From the NCBI GenBank assembly GCA_047602425.1, contig JASGHG010000001.1, positions 1,216,001 through 1,280,000 on the forward strand: a stretch of 64,000 nt of DNA, given 5' to 3'. Origin of the DNA: Nibricoccus sp. (GTDB lineage Bacteria > Verrucomicrobiota > Verrucomicrobiia > Opitutales > Opitutaceae). Positions 58,489 through 64,000 of this stretch are shown here, one piece after another. Numbering within the stretch: the stretch's first letter is position 1; every line of letters begins with the position of its first letter. The notes under the pieces were generated by a model. The model ran no database searches. It was not told the DNA's origin and saw only the letters and a list, made by a program, of their open reading frames with translations. Position numbers and translations under genes: made by a program.

Positions 58489-59370
58489 ATGGACTTCTCA
58501 AACAAATTAAACAATTTCGTCGCCCAAACTGAACAGGCCTTGGACAAGCTCCTGCCCCCACCCGGCATCCGTCCCGCTCGCCTCCACGAGGCCATGCGCT
58601 ACAGCCTGCAGGCCGGCGGCAAACGCCTCCGTCCGGTCCTCGTCCTTGCTGCTGCCGAACTCTTCCCCGGCCCCAACAAGTCCGATCCGCTGCCCGCCGC
58701 TGTCGCCATCGAATGTGTGCACACGTATTCACTTATTCACGACGACTTGCCTTGCATGGACAACGACGACCTGCGCCGCGGCCGTCCCACCTGCCACAAA
58801 CAATTCGACGAAGCCACCGCGCTGCTTGCTGGCGACGCGCTTCTCACATACGCGTTTGAAATTCTCTCCCGCCACTACCCGGCGCAACCCGGCTTCGACC
58901 TCGTTCGTGAACTCGCTTCCGCAGCCGGAAGCCAGCGACTCGTCGGCGGCCAGATGGAGGATTTGCTTGCCGAAAAAAAAGCCGATGCGACCGCCGGCGA
59001 GCTTGAGTTCATCCATCTCAACAAAACCGCCGCCATGATCGAGGCCTCCCTCGTCATGGGCGGCCTGACCGCCAATGCCGGCGAAACGGTAATTGGTGAT
59101 TTAAGGCGGTTCGGCCGCGGACTCGGCCTGACCTTCCAGATCGTCGACGACATCCTCGACGCCACAGCCGACAGCGCCACGCTGGGCAAAACCGCCGGCA
59201 AGGACGCCAAGGCCGGCAAAACCACTTTCGTGAAACTTCACGGTCTCGATGGCGCCCGCGAATATGCCCGCCAACACACCGACGCCGCGCTCGCCGAACT
59301 CTCGAAATTACCAGGCGAAACCACCTTCCTGCGCCAATTGGTCGACGCCATGCTCAGACGCAAGAGCTAG
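58489..59370 (+). CDS. ispA: Geranyltranstransferase / FPP synthase
   Basis: GGKRLRP, HTYSLIHDDLPCMDNDDLRRG, GGQ, KT, FQIVDDILD, GKTAGKD. Confidence 0.93.
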   Translation: MDFSNKLNNFVAQTEQALDKLLPPPGIRPARLHEAMRYSLQAGGKRLRPVLVLAAAELFPGPNKSDPLPAAVAIECVHTYSLIHDDLPCMDNDDLRRGRPTCHKQFDEATALLAGDALLTYAFEILSRHYPAQPGFDLVRELASAAGSQRLVGGQMEDLLAEKKADATAGELEFIHLNKTAAMIEASLVMGGLTANAGETVIGDLRRFGRGLGLTFQIVDDILDATADSATLGKTAGKDAKAGKTTFVKLHGLDGAREYARQHTDAALAELSKLPGETTFLRQLVDAMLRRKS

Positions 59371-60168
59371 GGTACGTCTTCAAATCAGTTAAGCCAGAGG
59401 AAGGCGCAGGCCAGATGGATAAAAGCACAGAAAGAAAGAACGGTTGGTCGTAACGGGTGGCGATGCGTCTGGCGGACTTTAGTTTGGCGAAGGTGTTTTC
59501 GATCAAGTGCCGGGCTTTGTAGGCGTAAGCGTCGTACACAGGTTGAGCCAACCGATGCGACGGCCTGGGTCCACGGGTTGATGTCCGGCACAGACGATTC
59601 GTTCACGCCACCAGTCTGCATTGTAACCGCAATCACACAACACGGCGGCAGCGGTGCCAGCGGGCAACAGTGCGGGAGCTTGGGTGATGTCGTTGCGTTC
59701 GCCACCGGTCACAACAAAGCGCACCGGATATCCCAGTGCATCGGTGAGCAGATGGATTTTGCTGGTCAGTCCGCGAACGGGAACGTCCGATGGCTTGGGC
59801 CGCATAACCGCCTCGCGCCCGGGTGGCGTGGGCATGCGCCCGCACATAGCTCGCATCGACTGCATAACTCTCCGGATCGTGCTCTGCGGTGAGAAACGCC
59901 AGCACCTGAGCCCAAACCTTTTGGTGCACCCAACGCCGCCAGCGCGTATAAACGCTGCGCCAGTTCGGAAAACGCTCCGGCATATCCCGCCACGGACTGC
60001 CTGTGCGCGCGATCCACATCATCGCCTCCACATACAACCGGTCATCGTGCCACGGCCGACCTCGTTGAGGACACAGTCTGGTTTTGCTCAGTACTGTGTT
60101 AATTTTTTTAGGCTCTTCCATCGAGCCTCATCCAAGTCTCTCGGTATCATCGCTGCTGTTTAACAGCC
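59371..60168 (-). mobile_element. Decayed IS5-family (IS427-like) insertion sequence
   Basis: CTAG on both flanks (59367-70 and 60169-72), GG...CC termini, ~0.8 kb, transposase remnants inside. Confidence 0.8.
59385..60150 (-). pseudogene. IS5-family transposase with multiple frameshifts
   Basis: Fragments in shifting frames: LDEARWKSL; RTGSPWRDMPERF; GLTSKIH..D..G.P; YKARHLIENTFAKLK..RRIATRYD; SFCAFIHLA. Confidence 0.88.
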
Positions 60169-60217
60169 CTAGATATCTACTGTTCCCTCGGTGTTTGAAG
60201 TATTCGGCGTTGTGACC

Positions 60218-60364
60218 GCGGTCGCGAGGCTGGATTTTACAATCGGTCAGCGGGCGAACGTGATCGCTGCCTCCGCGATTGCGCTCGCGGCGTCGGCGAG
60301 GGCGATCGCCAGAAGCAATTCCTCGCTCGCCAAGCCGGCGATCGCGCCAGCGGGTTGCAATTAT
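60218..60364. repeat. Degenerate 21-nt-period array (~7 units)
   Basis: gcggtcgcg/acaatcggt/gtgatcgct/gcgctcgcg/gcgatcgcc/tcgctcgcc/gcgccagcg start at 60218, 60239, 60260, 60281, 60302, 60323 and 60344. Confidence 0.6.
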
Positions 60365-60561
60365 CGGCGCCAAACGGTTGCGAGAAGAGGTTCCCGGTTA
60401 GCGCATCTATTAGTCGAGACCAAGCCATGCATCGCCGCATCTACTAGGCAGGGGCAAAAATGGAATGCCGGAAACGTTAGGCCCGAAATTCATAATATAT
60501 AGGCAAGGCGAGATCACAACGATACCGCCACAACCACTAAATACACAGAAAGACACACATC

Positions 60562-60933
60562 ATGGGCAAATCACCCAAAGCAAACCTCGAACGTATCACC
60601 ACCACCATCACCGCCTGACAAACTCACCGCGCTGCCAAGCAGTTCGCGAATATGACACTGGAGCAGTTTCGCGAAAAAATCGCGCCGAGCCTGACCGCAC
60701 GCACTACCATCGCCCGCCTTGAGAGCGAAACCACCGCGGCGGTCAGCCAGCGTGAAATCGCGGATATCGCGAGCCTCGATGTCATCGATGCCGTGGTAAA
60801 AGCCGTGGTCGCCGATCAGACTGAAGGCGAAGACGGCGAGTTCTACGAGGCCCTTGGCTACGTTCGCGAGAGCGAACGCAAGAGCGGCCTCCATCGCACA
60901 GCCAAGCCAGACAAAACCAAGCCAGCCGCCTAA
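60562..60933 (+). pseudogene. Small helical hypothetical protein with in-frame TGA
   Basis: MGKSPKANLERITTTITA*QTHRAAKQFANMTLEQF...YEALGYVRESERKSGL; TGA at 60616-60618. Confidence 0.65.
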
Positions 60934-60988
60934 TTACGCTGCGTTGCAACCGGTAATCGCTGTTTACGGTTGCAACGTGCTTCACTTC

Positions 60989-61021
60989 CGGCCCGCGAAA
61001 CTAGCTGCGGGCCGTTTGTTT
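60989..61021 (+). terminator. Probable terminator
   Basis: CGGCCCGC...GCGGGCCG followed by TTTGTTT. Confidence 0.55.
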
Positions 61022-61215
61022 GCCTCACCCCCGAAAGCGTCTTGAGGACAAGCCGCCCCACCTAAGGAGCCTCGGACTGAAATATGATTTTCACGCCCAA
61101 TCGCAGCACGCTCGACGGCCCATCGGAAAATTTCCGATAGACCGTCGCGAATACCACCGGGCAGCAGTTGAAGCCGTTCTTCGCAACCGCCTTCCTCGGG
61201 AGCGGTCTATGTCGC

Positions 61216-62505
61216 ATGTTTCCCCGCTTCCGGCTTAGGCGACGTTGGTTGGTTCCCCTCGGCATTGGCCTCGGCCTGCTCCTCGCCGTGATCGGGGCTA
61301 ATTTTGTTCGCAGCGAGAAAAAGATCCAGAATCTCGTCGAATCGCCGTATGGCACAGAAGATGGCCAGTTCATCCGCGCCATGAACACTCTGCTCGGACC
61401 GCCGCTCGTCGGCGGGAACACGGTGACCGAACTGGTCAATGGAGACCAAATCTTCCCCGCGATGCTCGAGGCCATCCGTGGCGCGCAAAAGACCGTCACG
61501 TTTGAAACATTCATCTACTGGTCGGGCCAAACCGGCCAGGAGTTCGCGGATGCGTTCACCGAGCGGGCTCGCGCCGGCGTGCATGTCCTTATTCTTTTAG
61601 ATTGGTTGGGCTCGGTTAAGATGGAGAGCCGTCTGCTCACCCAGATGGCCGAGGCAGGCTGTCAGATTGAACGCTATCACGCGCCGAAATGGTATCACCT
61701 GACGCGTCTCAACAACCGGACCCATCGAAAGACCCTCGTCGTCGACGGCAAAATCGGTTTTACCGGTGGCGTCGGGATCGGCGACGAATGGACCGGCAAT
61801 GCCCAGGACCCGCAACACTGGCGTGACACGCATTTCAAAGTCGTCGGCCCCGTTGTTGCGCAGATGCAGGCCGTATTCATGGTGAACTGGATCAAGGCGC
61901 GCGCGACGGTCGAACACACCATCGAGTACCTGCCGCCGCTCGAGCCCGCGGGAAATCAGTTCGCCCAGATTTTTCACAGCTCGCCTGACGAGGGCAGCGA
62001 AAACATCCGCCTCATGTACCTGCTCTCCATCGCCGCGGCTCGGCGTACCATTCTGTTGGAACAGGCTTATTTTGTCCCAGACGATTTGGTCGTTCGAATG
62101 CTCGTCGCAGCGGCGAAAAGAGGAGTGAGCATCGTCGTGATCGTTCCGGGGGAATATTCCGACACTCCGCACGTTCGCCAGGCCAGCCGTTCCCGCTGGG
62201 GCCCGTTGCTGGAAGCGGGCGTGCGCATCTTCGAATACCAGCCGACCAATCTTCATTCCAAGATCATGGTTGTGGACGGTGTTTGGTCGTCGGTTGGCTC
62301 TACCAATTTCGACAACCGCGCGTTCCGCATCAACGACGAGGCCAACCTCAATATCTACGACCGCGATTTCGCCGCTCAGATGGAACGCACCCTCGCGAAG
62401 GACCGTGCGGTCTCACGCGAAATCACCTACGCGGAATGGCAAAGCCTCCCGTGGTACGTCAGTCTCAACGATCGTTTCTGGGCTCTGTTCCGGCAACAGA
62501 TGTAG
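61216..62505 (+). CDS. cls: Cardiolipin synthase-like phospholipase D
   Basis: Two HKD motifs (HRKTLVVDG, HSKIMVVDG), WRDTH, YFVP, GSTNFD; start uncertain. Confidence 0.88.
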   Translation: MFPRFRLRRRWLVPLGIGLGLLLAVIGANFVRSEKKIQNLVESPYGTEDGQFIRAMNTLLGPPLVGGNTVTELVNGDQIFPAMLEAIRGAQKTVTFETFIYWSGQTGQEFADAFTERARAGVHVLILLDWLGSVKMESRLLTQMAEAGCQIERYHAPKWYHLTRLNNRTHRKTLVVDGKIGFTGGVGIGDEWTGNAQDPQHWRDTHFKVVGPVVAQMQAVFMVNWIKARATVEHTIEYLPPLEPAGNQFAQIFHSSPDEGSENIRLMYLLSIAAARRTILLEQAYFVPDDLVVRMLVAAAKRGVSIVVIVPGEYSDTPHVRQASRSRWGPLLEAGVRIFEYQPTNLHSKIMVVDGVWSSVGSTNFDNRAFRINDEANLNIYDRDFAAQMERTLAKDRAVSREITYAEWQSLPWYVSLNDRFWALFRQQM

Positions 62506-62610
62506 CCCTCGCAAAAGCGTCGGCACCGGAGACAGGAGGATTTCCTGTTCGCCCGGTTCGTTTGAGAAAGTGCTGCAATCTTGTTTCCTGTACGATCCGC
62601 GCCTCAACAT

Positions 62611-63483
62611 TTGAAAACATCGACCGTCCTTCTTCTCACCTGCGTCGCCATGCTGGCATTCGCGGCCAATTCGGTTTTGTGCAGGCTGGCACTGGGCTCG
62701 GGGACGATCGATGCCGCAAGTTTCACCACGATCAGGCTGGGATCGGGAGCGCTCATGTTGGCGCTGCTCGCGCAAGGCAGGAGACGGGAGATCTTTTCGG
62801 GTCAACGCGGTTCATGGCGCTCGGCTGTCATGTTGTTCGTGTACGCCGCAGCCTTTTCTTTCGCTTACCGAAACCTTAGCGCAGGGACAGGCGCGCTCAT
62901 ACTCTTTGCCTCCGTGCAGCTCACGATGCTGCTCTTTGCCATTTTTTCCGGCGAGCGACCGGGCGCTGCCGAATGGTTCGGCCTGGCGCTGGCATTTGGC
63001 GGACTCGTTTACCTAGTCTTGCCCGGACTGAGTAGTCCGCCCGCCTTGAACGCCGGCCTGATGACTCTCGCCGGCGCCGCGTGGGGCATCTATTCGCTGC
63101 GCGGACGAGGCTCGGTCGATGCGCTCGGTGTGACGATCGGGAATTTCCTGCGCGCCGTGCCTTTTGCGCTTGTCGCCACCGTTGTGACGCTCAGCGACCG
63201 ACATGCAACCCAGCGAGGAGCGCTCCTTGCCATGCTGTCCGGTGCAATTATGTCCGGGCTTGGCTACGTGGTCTGGTATAGTGCGCTTCGTGGCCTCACC
63301 TCGACACGGGCAGCCTTGGTGCAATTGTCCGTACCTGTGATCGCGGCCTTGGGCGGCGTTGTGCTTCTTCACGAGAAAGTCACAACCCGGCTCGTCATTG
63401 CGTCGCTCCTCGTTCTCAGCGGAATCGCCCTGGCGGTTTGCACACGACCGGTTCGGCAGCCACCTTCGTCGGTTTCGCGATAG
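62611..63483 (+). CDS. DMT/EamA-family transporter
   Basis: AFAANSVLCR, ~10 TM segments, QLSVPVIAALGG..LL.E; start uncertain (TTG). Confidence 0.88.
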   Translation: MKTSTVLLLTCVAMLAFAANSVLCRLALGSGTIDAASFTTIRLGSGALMLALLAQGRRREIFSGQRGSWRSAVMLFVYAAAFSFAYRNLSAGTGALILFASVQLTMLLFAIFSGERPGAAEWFGLALAFGGLVYLVLPGLSSPPALNAGLMTLAGAAWGIYSLRGRGSVDALGVTIGNFLRAVPFALVATVVTLSDRHATQRGALLAMLSGAIMSGLGYVVWYSALRGLTSTRAALVQLSVPVIAALGGVVLLHEKVTTRLVIASLLVLSGIALAVCTRPVRQPPSSVSR

Positions 63484-63580
63484 TTGGCAGCAGGCATTTC
63501 GCAATCGATTCAACCGGGAGTTCGCTTCCGAACCATCGCTCGCCTTCCGCCCCAGTTCGTGTTTGTCTCAAGGCCTTGCC

Positions 63581-64000
63581 ATGAAAGCACTCTACACGGG
63601 CTCCTTCGATCCACTCACCAGAGGCCATATAGACATCATTCAGCGAGCCTGCGGTATTTTCCAAAAAATCACCATCGGCGTGGGCGACAATCCGACGAAG
63701 AAATACATGTTCGAACGCGATGAACGCGTTGCCCTCATCCGCGAAACACTCGATATCGCGGGCTTTTCCCAAGTCGAGGTCTGCACGGTCGACGGATTAA
63801 CCATCGATTTCGCAAAACTTCAGGGCTTCACCCATCTGATCAAGGGCGCGCGCAATGGGCAGGACTTCGACTACGAGCGCCTCTTGCACGACATTAGTCT
63901 TACCCAGCAGTTGGGCATCGAGACCGTGCTCCTTTTTGCCGATCCACGGTTGAACAATGTCAGTTCCTCCGCCGCGAAGGAACTCGCGCGCCATCAGGGA
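63581..64000 (+). CDS. coaD: Phosphopantetheine adenylyltransferase (partial, runs off window)
   Basis: Manual translation MKALYTGSFDPLTRGHIDII...NPTKKYMF..ER...KGARNGQDFDYE...IETV...VSSSAAKELA. Confidence 0.9.
   Translation, partial: MKALYTGSFDPLTRGHIDIIQRACGIFQKITIGVGDNPTKKYMFERDERVALIRETLDIAGFSQVEVCTVDGLTIDFAKLQGFTHLIKGARNGQDFDYERLLHDISLTQQLGIETVLLFADPRLNNVSSSAAKELARHQG

Noticed and set aside
60218..60364. CRISPR array
   Set aside because: Period is only 21 nt, with no identical repeats and no cas genes
38179..60618. Genome-wide TGA=Trp recoding
   Set aside because: bamA, PL9 copy 2, GH43 (28225) and trxB end at TGA at their expected C-termini, and TGG is used normally
1..64000. tRNA, rRNA, prophage or integrase genes
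   Set aside because: None recognised by eye; a covariance-model search would be needed to exclude small RNAs

Overview
GC-rich bacterial chromosome segment; gene content suggests Verrucomicrobiota, probably Opitutaceae-like (inference). 1-10.2 kb is housekeeping: pheS(partial)<-rplT<-rpmI, diverging from rplI-dnaB-bamA-skp-lpxD-prs-degP. 10.6-32.5 kb is a pectin/arabinan utilisation island: two tandem PL9 lyases, an FGE-like protein, a GH127/146 enzyme, a TIGR02999-type ECF sigma plus Ser/Thr kinase pair, a TonB-dependent receptor, four GH43 enzymes and a GPH symporter. Further pectin-type enzymes (DUF4450, GH78) lie at 38-48 kb among hypothetical genes. The rest holds an orphan HEPN-like gene, ygiQ, a frameshifted trxB, a hybrid kinase, an orphan MalK-type ATPase, ispA with a decayed IS5-family element at its stop codon, cls, a DMT transporter and partial coaD. 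Best candidate for an undescribed system: a phosphorylation-activated ECF/kinase pair controlling a SusD-less polysaccharide locus. A shared (TG)TCGG-N17-CGC(A) promoter-like motif sits upstream of four transcription units, and two GH43 enzymes carry poly-Ser plus GlyGly-CTERM-like anchors. Other oddities: two small genes with in-frame TGA-C codons, a 21-nt-periodic degenerate array, a perfect 20+1+20 bp palindrome and GGAG-type REP-like elements. All family calls come from motif recognition by eye; no searches were run.
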